This document shows positions 22,671 to 34,940 of a stretch of 64,000 nt of DNA, in pieces. Position 1 is the first letter of the stretch. The number at the start of each line of letters is the position of its first letter. A program made the translations under genes and the position numbers. The notes under the pieces were generated by a model. The model worked only from the letters and a program-made list of their open reading frames with translations, had not been told where the DNA came from and did not search any database. This DNA comes from Octopus sinensis (Eukaryota), in the NCBI RefSeq assembly GCF_006345805.1, contig NC_042997.1, positions 129,456,001 through 129,520,000 of the forward strand, written 5' to 3'.

Positions 22671-23752
22671 TATATATATATATATGCATATATACATACT
22701 TACATATATATGTATATATATGCATATATGGGTACAGGACGTCACAAAATGTAAACAACATGAAATACGAACACAAACTTGGATATGCAAATGAGAGAAG
22801 CAAATGGAAAACAAGACAAGTCACATAAAGAATGACCCTTCATCAGTTATCAGCTGTCCATCTACTCTTCATTTTGAGCATTTAACAACATGAGGCTTCG
22901 AAAGGCAGTTGCTCCCACAAACAAAAATAGAATTTGGGATTTGCAGAGGGTCAAAGTTGGTAACAAAAACAGGACAGTGGAAACATACAACAAACCAAAT
23001 GAAAACAACATGGAGAGCCGTTAGGCCAGATGAGGCAAGGTAGCAAATACTGGAGGAATATTGTCTTTGACAAGAGAAAAGATAGAAGAGGAGACAGATA
23101 AGAATGCGTCTGGTCTGTGTGACAGACTGAAGGAAAAGAAAGATGATCACATGAGGAAAAGAAAGATGGACAATGGTCACTTGTGAGCAACGAGAGAGAG
23201 TAAAAGAGAAAGAGTTCTTTCAGTTTCCATCTGCCAAATCGACTTACAATGTTTTGGTCGGCTCTGGGCTATAGTAGAAGACAAAGGTAACATGCAATGG
23301 AAGTGAACCTGGAACTGGGGGGCTTGGAAGCAAAGTTCTTACCACTGCCGTGTCTGCTTATATGTTTTGTGTCCATTAATGTAATTGATTAAGATGTCAT
23401 CTCCTGTGGGTTAACTGTAAAAAGAGCTTCAGTTTTAATGATTTTGTTTTGCTGTTCATCTCTTTTTAACTTCATTAGTAACATCGATGAAGAAGTTTCA
23501 GTCAGGAGCTTGACCTGGATCTTGGTATCTGCTCACCTTTTATTGTACAGTACCAGGTTTTGAGTTATTGATTTAAAGGCAATCACTTCAAACCCAACCT
23601 CGGTCACCACATTTTACTCTGCAGTCAGCTAATCGGTGCTATCAATTTAAGGTTGAGTGAAAGAAACTGTCTGATCTATGCGAGCCAGAAAAATCAAAAA
23701 TATATATCTGTGAAAAATGTGTTTAAAAATACAAACATTATTCTTTTTACAG

Positions 23753-23836
23753 CCGAAAGAGACTGAACTGATATCAGAAACTGGTGGCTTAATCTCATCT
23801 GAAATTGTGGCAAAAAAGATTGTTGATGATGTACTG
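23753..23836 (+). CDS. KDSR: KDSR exon 8 (PKETELISETGGLISSEIVAKKIVDDVL)
   Basis: tctttttacag acceptor, 84 nt, GTAAGT donor; PxETxLISET motif. Confidence 0.95.
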
Positions 23837-24639
23837 GTAAGTTTTCATAAGATATTGTCAAATTATTAGGATTAGGATGGTGACATTGATTAGGAGGGGG
23901 ACATTGATTCTATCAACCCAGTGCTCCACTGGTACTTAGTTTGTTGACCCCAATAAGATGTAAGGCAAAGTCGGCCTTGATGACATTTGAACTAAGAATG
24001 TAAAGCTAGAAGAAATGCTGCTCATTAGTTTGTTCAGCATGCTAATGATGCTGCCAACTTGTTGCCTTAATATCATTAAAGCAGCATCATTTGCAAACCA
24101 AATGATAATAATGAAATATTCATAGATAGTTATCATTAGTGTTATGGGTTTGTAATATGGTATGTCACTAAAAGCACCCACTACACTCTCGGAGTGGTTG
24201 GCATTAAGAAGGGCATCTAGCTGTAGAAACTCTGCCAGATCAGATTGGAACCTGGTGCAGCCATCTGGTTTGCCAGTCCTCAATCAAATCGTCCAACCCA
24301 TGCTAGCATGGAAATCAAATGTTAAACGATGATGATGATGAATATCTGTCTTTTGTTGATTTTACTCTCAATCTAAAATATCCTCTTCACTCCTACTTAT
24401 GTATTTATCTCTTTTGTTATAATCTGTTTTCTTATTCCTCAGCTGCCTTATTCATCTTCCTTTTATTTGAATATGTCAGCATCTTAAGAAGTCCCATTCA
24501 GTTCCACATAAGTAGTTGGCCCAGAAGTAGTTGGTAAAATATTCACAGCACTTTAGATATACCATGCCACTTGTGTTAAACCTTATTGTCTGATCAGTGT
24601 TTGTTACGTAGTCATCTTTTCTTTATTGTGGGACATTCT

Positions 24640-25645
24640 TCACCCTATGAGATGTCATCTGGTGTACTGCAGGGATCTGTTCTTGGTTCCTTTTGTTTGT
24701 TGCATACATTAATGACATAGATGCCAACTTAAAGAATGCCAGTGCTGAAATGTGCAGATGACATCAAGCTGTACCTTGAGATGGGAAGGACAGATCCTGA
24801 ACACTATAGATCTTTCCTGCAATTAGACCTGGACACAATGCAACAATGAATCATGGACTGGTAACTCAAGTTGGCTGTTGACAAGTGTACCACCATGCAT
24901 TTTGGAAGGAAAAACCCAGTGTCCACATACTCTCTCCCCAACATTAATATTGTGACTTGGGCATTACTATCAGCAGCAATTTGCGCTGGACAGAGCACAT
25001 CTCTAAAATTGTCAAGAAGGGTGAGGGTGCTTTGACATCACTCAGCAAGACCTTTGTCAGCCACTCTCCAGTTATCTATTTAAGGCTGTATATGGCTATA
25101 TAGCTATGGTGCAGCCGCACTTGGAATTTGCATCACCGGTCTGGAACCCTGATCTTGCTTAGGACATTGACCTCCTGGAAACTGTTCAGAGACATGCAAC
25201 CAAGCGAATACTCTCCCTCAGGCATCTACCATACTCTAGATGCCTTGCTTCCCAGGGCATAGATACATTGAAGCTCTGATATCTGGCAACTGACTTGGTT
25301 AACACCCACAAAATTATTAACCATCATACCAACAACCACCTTGAGCACCTTTTTGAGCTCCATGTGTCTAACACATGCAGGTGTGCCTACAAAGTCAGAA
25401 AAAAGTACAGCTAAAGCATGGAACAAACTACCTGCAAGACATTGCATCCTTTAAAACTTCCATGCTTTCTGAAATTCACCAACACCACACCTGACATCCC
25501 CACCTCCATATATATGCACACATATATCATGACCCATACACTGTTGACTTTCCTGACATTTGTACATAATTCTATGTACTGTACATGCACCTTTGATGAG
25601 TTGTGCACGTGAGCACTATACACAATAATTTCATTATTATTATTT
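24640..25645 (+). mobile_element. CR1/L2-like LINE 3' fragment in KDSR intron 8
   Basis: SGV.QGSVLG..LFVAYIND and ADDIKLY RT remnants, then the C-terminal region and 3' UTR. Confidence 0.8.
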
Positions 25646-26686
25646 TTATTATTCTACTATAAGAATTGATTCTTAAAGCATTTAATCACCATTTTAGAAG
25701 ACAGTAAAGAATTTATTGAGGGAGATTTACTTGCTGCATTCAGTATAATGTGTGGCTCTATAGAAAATCCCTTGCTGGTTCAAGTGTTTATCTGGATGTC
25801 TTTGTATGTGGAGATTTGATTAAAGGAATTGAGACAAGCTGGCCTGTTGTGAGTATTTTATGTAATTTTAGCTGTTTTACAAGTTATAACTAAATCATTT
25901 AGTTTAGTTTCTGATCTCTAATTAGTTTTGATAGATGCAGGGTAGCCATGTATCTTCTCTACAGCAGGACACCTGTACTTGTCTCTCTCTGATACTTAAG
26001 CTTTCAGGCCCTGACAAAAAGCCACCTCCTTCTCTCTCAAATACACTCCCATTCAGTCGAGGGCACTTTTTACTTTTCTTTTCTCTTGTGAGTTAGTTGG
26101 CGACCTCACCAGTTTTGGAGTCACATAAAAACAAAACAAAACAAAAAAGCAACAACAAAAATACCTAGTATACTCTATTAAGTGGCAAGCATTAGAAAGG
26201 GTATCAAGGAATAGAAATCATGCCCAACACAGCCCTGCAGCTTGTTGGAACATGTCAGAGCATCCAATCTATGCCAGCATAAAAAACAGATGTTAAATGA
26301 AGATGATGTTGATGTTGTCAAATCATGTAATTATGATTTGACAACTTATTTTCATTTCAGGAATATTCAAGTGGTTAAAATACTGATCTCTTGGTTTATC
26401 AGTTGAGATATAAATCCTGTTGGATCCATCAACCAGGTATTCAGTAACAAAGTTTTCACCAGTTCTACTTGTGTTATTTGACAGATTAATAATAATGATA
26501 TCCAAAACAAGATTTCACTGAAGAGGCTTGAAAAAATAACAAGCCTCTTCAGTGCTTATTGGTAGACTGAGTGAAGTAGACTAGTGCTGAAGACAGATCA
26601 AAGACAGCTTAGAAATTGTTATGTTGTGCTTCCAAAATTTTCATTGCTTTCAGTTAACTTTTTACGTCATTGTCTTTTGTTCTTAG

Positions 26687-26788
26687 AAAGGAAAATTCCA
26701 GTGCAGTTTTGGTGTTGATGGTTTTCTGTTGGCAACAGTAAGTGCAGGAATGGCACCAGTGTCCTCAGGCTTGGAAGCTTTGTTGCAG
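26687..26788 (+). CDS. KDSR: KDSR exon 9 (KGKFQCSFGVDGFLLATVSAGMAPVSSGLEALLQ)
   Basis: tttgttcttag acceptor, 102 nt, GTATGT donor; GxDG..L....GMAPV motif. Confidence 0.95.
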
Positions 26789-28134
26789 GTATGTAAATTA
26801 TTTAAAGTTTCACATAACTAGGCGAAGGTCTTGAGAGTTGGTATATGTCAGATCTACAGAAAGGTAAAAGCTGTAGTCCTTTCTGAATATTCAAACATCT
26901 TACTATAGAATACTGTTGAGAGTGATGAGGTGGAACTTGGCAATTACTTGTTTAGTATTTCTGGTAATAAGTCTCCTTGAAGTAATATTGGTTTCAGATT
27001 TTGGCACAGAGCCAGCAAATTCAAGGGTGTAAGGTGCTCAACTGATACTTATTTTATCAACCCTGAAAAACTGAAAAGCAAAGTCAACCTTGGTAGAATT
27101 TGAACTCAGAATGGAAGGATGGATGAAATGCTGTTACGCATTTTGCCTGGTGTGCTAACAATTCTGCTAGCTTCCTGCCTTTCCTTGAAGTAATATTAAC
27201 ATATAATAAGAATTATGATAAGAACATTAGATGTAAGTAAGACTGAGTACAAGAATATGTAACTCTTTAAATATAAGGTATATTCCATTAAAAGGAATGG
27301 CACAATTCTTTCTTTAAAGTCAAAATGGAATATTTGGTTTTTGATGATTGATTCTAGCTGAAGGGTGAAAGGTGACATTTCTGGAAGAGGTAAATCTTTG
27401 GCAGGAACTGTTGCCACTAGCAAAAGCTTTTGTATTTGAAGGATAAAGCTAAATGGAGGTCATCTGCTTTGGAGATAAATACACCACTCAATTTAATACC
27501 ACTTCTTGGCTAATTTGTATGTTTGACAAAATTTAGGTATGTTTACACAACCAAAACTCATAGCTTCCAATCCTTAAAGTGGTTCACTTATATCTGTTTT
27601 GCTATGACTGTTTGTAAGCATATTCATCAATAAGGTGTTTTGGTAAGAGGTTTCAATGTCATACTAATGTTAAGTGAAACAAAACTATTTCCATTATGAC
27701 AAAAACAAGAGTCTGTAAGTATGAGAGAGGAAAGTAGGTTATCTATAGATGTTGAACTAAGATTGTTGGTTTCTACAAGGGACCATTCCAAATAAAAACT
27801 AAACAAATTTAGAAAATTACTTTGATCCAATTGTTAGATAAAATATTTCAGCTGAAACTTAAAACACTGCATCTTAAAAAAAATAGATTCGGTGAATTAT
27901 TAATTCTACAGTATTTTAATAGTAATGAGGATGATAAGTAAACCTAATTAATTTATTAATGAGAGATATATGTGAAGAGGAGTTTAAGTTCTTTGCTCAG
28001 TCTAAATAAATGTAGGTTTGTAGAAAGTATAAAAAAAAATGAACAGATTACATACACTTAATGAAACTGGTTTGATTACTTACTTTAAAATACATTAACA
28101 GAATATTTATGTTTGGTTTCTCTTTTGTTTTCAG

Positions 28135-28245
28135 GTTTTCTCCATGGGACTTTTCAGATTAATTGGTTTATTTTATTTGTATTCTTTTAATCAAATTATT
28201 CAAAAGTGTTATAACGAGAAGAAAGGTAACAAAAAGGCTTCTTGA
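28135..28245 (+). CDS. KDSR: KDSR exon 10 (VFSMGLFRLIGLFYLYSFNQIIQKCYNEKKGNKKAS*)
   Basis: tttgttttcag acceptor, MGLFR..LFYL.SF motif, TGA at 28243-28245, AATAAA at about 28345. Total CDS 996 nt = 331 aa. Confidence 0.95.
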   Translation, partial: VFSMGLFRLIGLFYLYSFNQIIQKCYNEKKGNKKAS

Positions 28246-28949
28246 TCAGTTTTTAAAAAAACTATGATCTATTTTTATATACAAAATACCAGTATATGCA
28301 TTAAACATGGAATAATTATTTTATTTAATGAATTTTATATGAATAATAAAGCAAACTTACACAATTCAAATGTTTTACTGTTTTGTGTATTTAGAAAATG
28401 GGGTGGAGAAATGATGCCATTGTCTGTCAGTAAAATGTTTAAATATCAACTAATGTGAGATGTTGATATAAAGTGGTCCAGAAGGATTTACAACTGACAC
28501 AATACACTAAATAATTCTTTCTATTGATTTTAGGGGAGAATCCTGAACACCCTTATGTGACTGAAGGGGGACTAACTGATTACAATAAATAAGAAATGAG
28601 TGAACTGAGGGGGATAGTTGACAGTTTTAGTTTGACTGTGTTGGTTTAATAGTTGGTAGTCGAACAGTGAATATTGAGTATCATATCTATGTTCAAGTAG
28701 TATAGAGTGCATTCTGTGTTAAAATGTATTTCTGCATTAGGTTATTTTTTAGATAACCACAACTGACTATTTATTTGTGTAATACCAGTTTGCACCAGAT
28801 GTGTATTCCCACATCATAACAATTGCCAGTCCTGATATGGTAGCAGCATATAACATTAGCAAATCATCTCCAATCTTTGTAGAAACCTATAAAAAGTGAG
28901 TCAAATCCTGTCATCTTACTACTGTCAAATTAAAATTTTCTGACTTGTA

Positions 28950-29800
28950 CATGGTACATTCCAGAAGTTCAAAATTCTAATCTCTTTCAAAGATCTCCTG
29001 ATTTTAATGCACTTGCTGTAGTGCATCAGCCAGTTTATGAAGGGAGTTTTTTGAGTCTTTCAACATCAGACACCCTGGCCTAGTTGACCCAGCTGGGGTC
29101 AACTAGAGGTCTCAGCTTACATCCTAGCAGTAGCAAATCACTGGTTAGTCCTCTTTATGCAAAGTTATCTAGTGGCCTTTACTGCATACACATATATACA
29201 TTAATATAGTAGGATGGGAGAGGTGAAAATAATGGTTATTTGGTCAGTAATTCTATCAAAATATGATGATGATTATCATCTATGTTATGATGACATGGGT
29301 TGTACACTTTGCACTTTCAATGTAATATTTTTATAGACATTTGGCGAACACCTCAGAACCTTAACTTCAAGCCTGGTTTCCAGGATAATCTCCAATTAAC
29401 ATTTAATAACATTTCTAAAGCACATTAAACTGTGTCAAGATTTATCTCTTGTAGTGAGTGACTTTATAAACAATGAAGCCATTGGATTTACATATAAAAT
29501 AGTTGAAGTACTGAATATAGTTTGAGTGATAAGTTATTTCCTCTGTAATCCAGTGCACTTAGAAAAATTAGCAATAGTACTTGTTTGATAGTTATTGATA
29601 TTTTCAGCATGTTTGCAACAGATTCATTTGGCATTGAGAACTTTGTTATCCCACATGTAGATAAAGTTGGGATTTGTTTCATTATATATTTATCACAATT
29701 CTTTGTTGAAGAACACCCTATTAAATCATTTTCCTGTTGAAAAGTTTTGAAGATGAAATTCTGAAGAAATAAAACATTTTGATCTTTTATTAATAATGGT
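28950..29800 (-). mobile_element. Possible Penelope-like RT relic
   Basis: Degenerate ..IDD.. RT-like remnant around 29260-29310; judged by eye only. Confidence 0.3.
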
Positions 29801-30329
29801 TTATGACAGTAACAATTTCCATTCCATAACTACATGGTGTATTGAGATTTCAAATAAATGATATACAACACAATATTGAGTTAAAATGGCAGGTAACACA
29901 AGTCTGTTATATTAAAACTCGTTGTAGTTTAATAGTAAGTGGAATATTCTCAATTAAGCATCACTAGGATCGTGGCAGTGTTTGGAATTAGAGTGACAAT
30001 AATAGACAATTATGTTCAAATAATAACACTACTCTTGTCTCACATACAATAATACATTAGAGATCTAACACAGTAACAAATAAACACTATTATTGTGGCA
30101 GGTTTTTAAGCTAACATTTAAGACCTAACACACATATGATTGTTTAAATTAAATGCAACACAGCGACATATCTAACAGATTTAACAATCAAGTCCATCTA
30201 AACTTGGAAATAACCTATTTTACTGGTGTAATGACAATATTTGTTGGCTTATGCACTCTACAGAGACCAAGATGCAGGCTTATCAAATATAGAATGAATC
30301 TATGACACAAATGATGCTCTCTGTTAAAG

Positions 30330-31390
30330 GAAAATATAATTATGAAGAGCATTTATTTGTCAAGGAGAAAGCCTTTGACAGACTCCCTTTGTGATATTGT
30401 GGTCGCTGAGTAGATGAATAGCTTGTGAGGGCCATACAAGCCATGTATAAAGGTGAAGTCAGCAAAGTAAATCTACGATGAATAGTGATGAATTTAGTCA
30501 CCAAGTCTAACAGAGCTCAGTTTTCAGTCCCCTTCCATTTATCATAGTCCTCTAGGCTGTAACAGAAGAGTTTAAGAGTAGTAGACTGGGAATTCCTATG
30601 CCCCAGTGACCTAGGTTTTATACATTAATCTACAGCAGAATTACAGAAAAAATCCAGATGCAGAGGCATAATATTGAATTGAGAGGTTTCAAAGTAAACT
30701 TAGCAAAAACTAAGAGTATCAGTAAGTATGAAAGAAAAATAGAATAGTTAAGAATTCCATATGGTGTAACATATGAACATAAAGAGATGTGAAATTACAG
30801 GCAGTTGAACAGAGAAAGACTTTGCATGTGGTAAATACATGAAGGTGATAAAAACTAAAAACACATGGAAATTAGATTCTCTCAAATGCTTAGAAGGTCT
30901 CCAAGAAGTACTCAATTGTTTCTGTGAGGTGAACTAATTAACAACGGAGATGTCCTGAAAGTATAGCAACCAGAGTTAGAATGAGTCAGAGAAAGTCAAA
31001 GGAGCTACTACTTCTGTCAGTAACAAAGTGTTTCTTAGATTGTATGATGCTTGTGTATGAAGTGCAATGTAGCATGTCTGTGAGATATGGGGCTCTGAAT
31101 GCAGAAGATTTGCAATGATTAGATGGAAATGAAATGAGCATGCTCTGCTGGATGTGTGACATCAATGTGCAAGAATGATACAGCACAAATGAGCTGAGAG
31201 TAAAAATTGGACATGTGATGTGTAATGGAAGCTGGCAGATGTATGAAAAATGTAGGACACTCAAAGTAGATGAAACCCATGGAAGAAGAAGACATGAAAT
31301 GAAGCAGTGAAGACTGATTTCATGATGTTAAGCTTCATGGAAGAGATGACAAAGACTGAAGTGATTGGTGACACACAGTAATGGAGAAAA
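30330..31390 (+). mobile_element. Highly degraded copy of the same RTE/BovB-like LINE family
   Basis: Collinear similarity to 13840-14950 (gagaaagcctttgacag; gccatacaagccatgtata; gcatgctctgctggatgtgt). Confidence 0.75.
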
Positions 31391-32264
31391 CCTGCCCACC
31401 TGTGCAAACATAGTGAAATGGACATTAAAAATGGTGAAGAGTGTGTAAATAAGAACTTTGCTATCCAGCCAAATAGTTTCAGGTTCAATTTCATTGCATG
31501 GCACATAGTGAATTCTACTATAGCTCCATAACAATTATAGCCCTTGAGTAAATTTGTTAGCTCATTAAAGATATATGTGTGTGTCTTGTTTGTTTTTAAT
31601 TTCCCAATAAAACATGTCTGGGCATGAGGAAATACTACCTTACTTGGAAACAAGTGAGAGTTGGTGACAGGAAGGGCAAGAAGCTATAGAAAATATGCCC
31701 CAAATTCCATGTGAAATACGTAAACATAGAAAAGTGAATCTTAAAACAATGAGGATATACATATATATATATATATATATATAATCATCATCATCGTTTA
31801 ACGTCTATTTTCCATGCTGGCATGGGTTGGACGGTTTGACTGGGGACTGGCAGGACAGGAGGCAATACCAGGCTCCAATCTGATCTGGCAATGTTTCTGC
31901 AGCTGGATGCCCTTCCTAACGCCAACCACTTCGGGAGTGTAGTGGGTGCTTTTTACGTGCTACCTGCATAGGAGCCAGTCGGGGCGAGGGGGCTAGCATC
32001 GACTATGCTTGGATGGTGCTGTTTACGTGCCACCGGCATGGGGAACCAGTCAGGCAGCACTGGCAGCAACTCACTCAGGAATGGTGCTTATTGCATGCCA
32101 AATGAGAATCAAATATTCCCCATATAGAATATACTTAGCAGTGCTCAAGAGGTTTAAACTTGAGCAAGTAGAGAAGTAAATGTAAGGATAAGCAAGTTGG
32201 GCAGGTCAAAATACAAAGTATGTTAAATACATGAAATGCCAAAAAATGTATGTATGTTTACATA

Positions 32265-32655
32265 GGCGCAGGAGTGGCTGTGTGGTAAGTATCTTGCTTA
32301 CAAACCACATGGTTCTGGGTTCAGTCCCACTGTGTGGCACCTTGGGCAAGTATCTTCTACTATAGCTTTGGGCCAACCAAAGCCTTGTGAGTGGATTTGG
32401 ATTTGGTAGACAGAAACTGAAAGAAGCCCGTCGTATATATATATATACATATATATGTGTTTGTCCCCCCAACATCGCTTGACAACCGATGCTGGTGTGT
32501 TTATGTCCATGTAACTTAGCAGTTCGGCAAAAGGGACCAATAGAATAAGTACTAGGCTTACAAAGAATAAGGCCTGGGGTTGATTTGCTCGACTAAAGGC
32601 GGTGCTCCAGCATGGCCACAGTCAAATGACTGAAACAAGTAAAAGAGTAAAAGAG
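32265..32655 (+). mobile_element. tRNA-derived SINE, second family
   Basis: GGCTGTGTGGTAAG A-box, GGTTCAGTCCC B-box, TTGGGCAAGT.TCTTC body. Related copies at about 31390-31750, 38690-39155, 57400-57780, 23215-23350(-) and 11990-12110(-). Confidence 0.8.
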
Positions 32656-34472
32656 AGAGAGAGAGTAAGAGTATACAAAAAGGCCTGACTTACACAGAAT
32701 AGAAATGATATCAAGAATTAAAGGGGCTGGAGGAAAGTATTTCTTCAACCCCTTTAATTCTTGATGATATATATATATATATATATCTCATCATTTAATG
32801 CTCATGTTCCTGCTGGCATATGTTGGACCATACACACACATATCATCATGGCAAAAACTTTGTGTGTATGCTTATATACATATAAGTACACATATAATTG
32901 GGTTTCTTTATCCAAAATGCTATTGTCAAGTCTACACCTGCTACATTCCCTGCCATTCTGACACTTTCTCATCTCTCCACTAATTGTACTTCCTTCTCCT
33001 TACTGTATTAGTCTGCTGGTGTAACTAAGAATATCAGTGCCAATACCTCTTACCAACATCCTTTCAATACTACCAGCCATCATTCCTTTTCCTGAAAGCC
33101 ACTTGTCTCTCTTGCCTCAGTACTACTATACTGTTGTAACCTTTGCCCCACCATATTTTTGCTCATCACTCACTCTTCTATTCAACTTCTCATATATAGA
33201 CATGTATAGGGTGAAAAGACAAATGATAGAGTCATCAGTGTGTTGCACAGAAAGCTTTGTGGTATTTGTTCTGATTTGAATTCCGAGCTAAAATCCCACT
33301 GAAAATCAACTTTACCTTTCATATTTTAAGGGATGACAAAAAAGTACCAATCCAAGGCAGTGAAGTGGTGAAACTGTAAAAATATTAAACTGGGTGCCTT
33401 GTGGTATTTGTTTCAGCTTAATGCATTTTGAATTCAAATCCCATCATGGCTTATTTGGGTGGTAGATCGAACCTATTATCCAGTTTAACACCACTACCTG
33501 GTACCTCTCTGTTGCAAGCATTCAAGCCAGATTTCCGGTTTGAAAATACCTTTCTCCTTCCCACCAGTCTGGGAAGCCCTGTAATGGGCCATGAGCATTG
33601 CCTTCCTTCCTGGCAAAAATAAAAAAGAACTTCACTAGTGTTACAATAAAACTGACCCCATAGATGATGGCTCATGGCTGGATGTTATCTGTCTCAAATT
33701 CACCAATGTCTTTAATTCTATCACATACAGATGATTTATGGTGAAACCTTTTACATTGGGCATGAGGGCTAATCTATACAACAATAAAACTAACCCCAAT
33801 CACTGTAAAGTGATTGGCAAACAAGCATTGACAATGTAGGTTCAGGAGGATTCTTTCATTTTGCTGAGGACATAGCAAACTCTCTGGTACTGGTGATGCA
33901 ATAAAAATGTAGCCATTCACTTGGTAAAGTGGTTTAAAAGAAGAACATCTAGCCATAGTAACCAAGTTAAAAATGAAATGTACAAGTGAGACATGGTTCT
34001 TTAACCCATCTGGGAGAACAGTAACTTTGAATAAGAACTACCTCAGCTCCTGATACTTGTCCAACCTATGCCAGTATGGAAAGCGGGCAAAATAATAAGA
34101 ATAAAGAACTGTCCTGAAAGTTAAGAACATAGGAAAAAGTTGGAGTTGCCATGGTTACCAGAAAGGTAGTTCAGTGTAAAACATCATACACTAAATACAA
34201 TCTAATACCTTGTTACTTTCTGGAAGTTTCCTAAAAGTGGCAAAACTGTTCCAAACAGTCCACCTTAACAGCTGTTGATACTCCATATCACTGGAGTACT
34301 GTTTCCTTTTTTTGGATGGGATGCTTCTTTTAATCAATGACATAAAAACTCAGATGTTAAACTCTTGGGCTACCTAAGTTCTTCATCAGAATGTATATTT
34401 TCTAAAAACACTAACCATAAGCATTTCAAACTCCCTATTACTGTCCCTAATTGTTATCTGAAACTGATCCAA

Positions 34473-34940
34473 GTAACCTCCCTAAAGTCTAACCCCTCCT
34501 CAAAGCAGTAGGGTGGTGTAAACGGGCAGTGTCAGAGCTATGCCTTCGGGAACTTCGGTTCCTGGTAGGGCCACCCAAGGCGGATTGGTCTAGCACCGAG
34601 CGGTATTAGGGCCGCAGCTCTGGTGAAAATTCCAAAATTCCAAGAGGCGTCTGATCGGCAACTGGCGGCTTCGAGGTCATTCTGTCCCAGAGTCTGTGGA
34701 GACTCCGCGGCAAACAGGGCGTCCCGTCACTCGGGATATGCATGCGGGATGTCAGGGACCGCTTGCGAATTCAATATTCCCATGAAACTTCTTCTATGAA
34801 ACCGCAAATGGCTCACTATCTCCAGTGACCTCGCACAGGACCGTCGAGCTTGGGCCGCCATGGTTTGTGATGCCATCAGGACCAGAGAAGAAGCCGGCTC
34901 AACCCGCCCTAGGTGAACGCCGTCACAAGGAACAAGGAAG
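34473..34940 (+). mobile_element. Short internally deleted (bipartite) RTE derivative: structured 5' UTR joined to an RTE 3' end
   Basis: GC- and CpG-rich. The head contains GAGCTATGCC...TAGGGCCACCCAAGGCGGA, recalled as a BovB/RTE 5' UTR motif. The tail encodes WLTISSDLAQDRRAWAAMVCDAIRTREEAGSTRPR* followed by ACAAGG repeats. Candidate TSD GATCCAA at 34466-34472 and 34941-34947. Confidence 0.75.

Noticed and set aside
23482-23494. CATCGATGAAGAA, resembling 5.8S rRNA or a snoRNA C box
   Set aside because: The match does not extend, and there is no terminal stem or suitably spaced D box.
32265-32340. tRNA-like heads with A and B boxes (also 16941, 7041, 18743)
   Set aside because: They continue into SINE bodies and do not form complete cloverleaves.
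34490-34700. Canonical hammerhead or HDV-like ribozyme, or 7SK/snRNA gene, in the GC-rich island
   Set aside because: There is no CUGANGA/GAAA core, no convincing P3-L3-P1-GG arrangement by eye, and no snRNA motifs. It is kept only as an unclassified structured RTE head.
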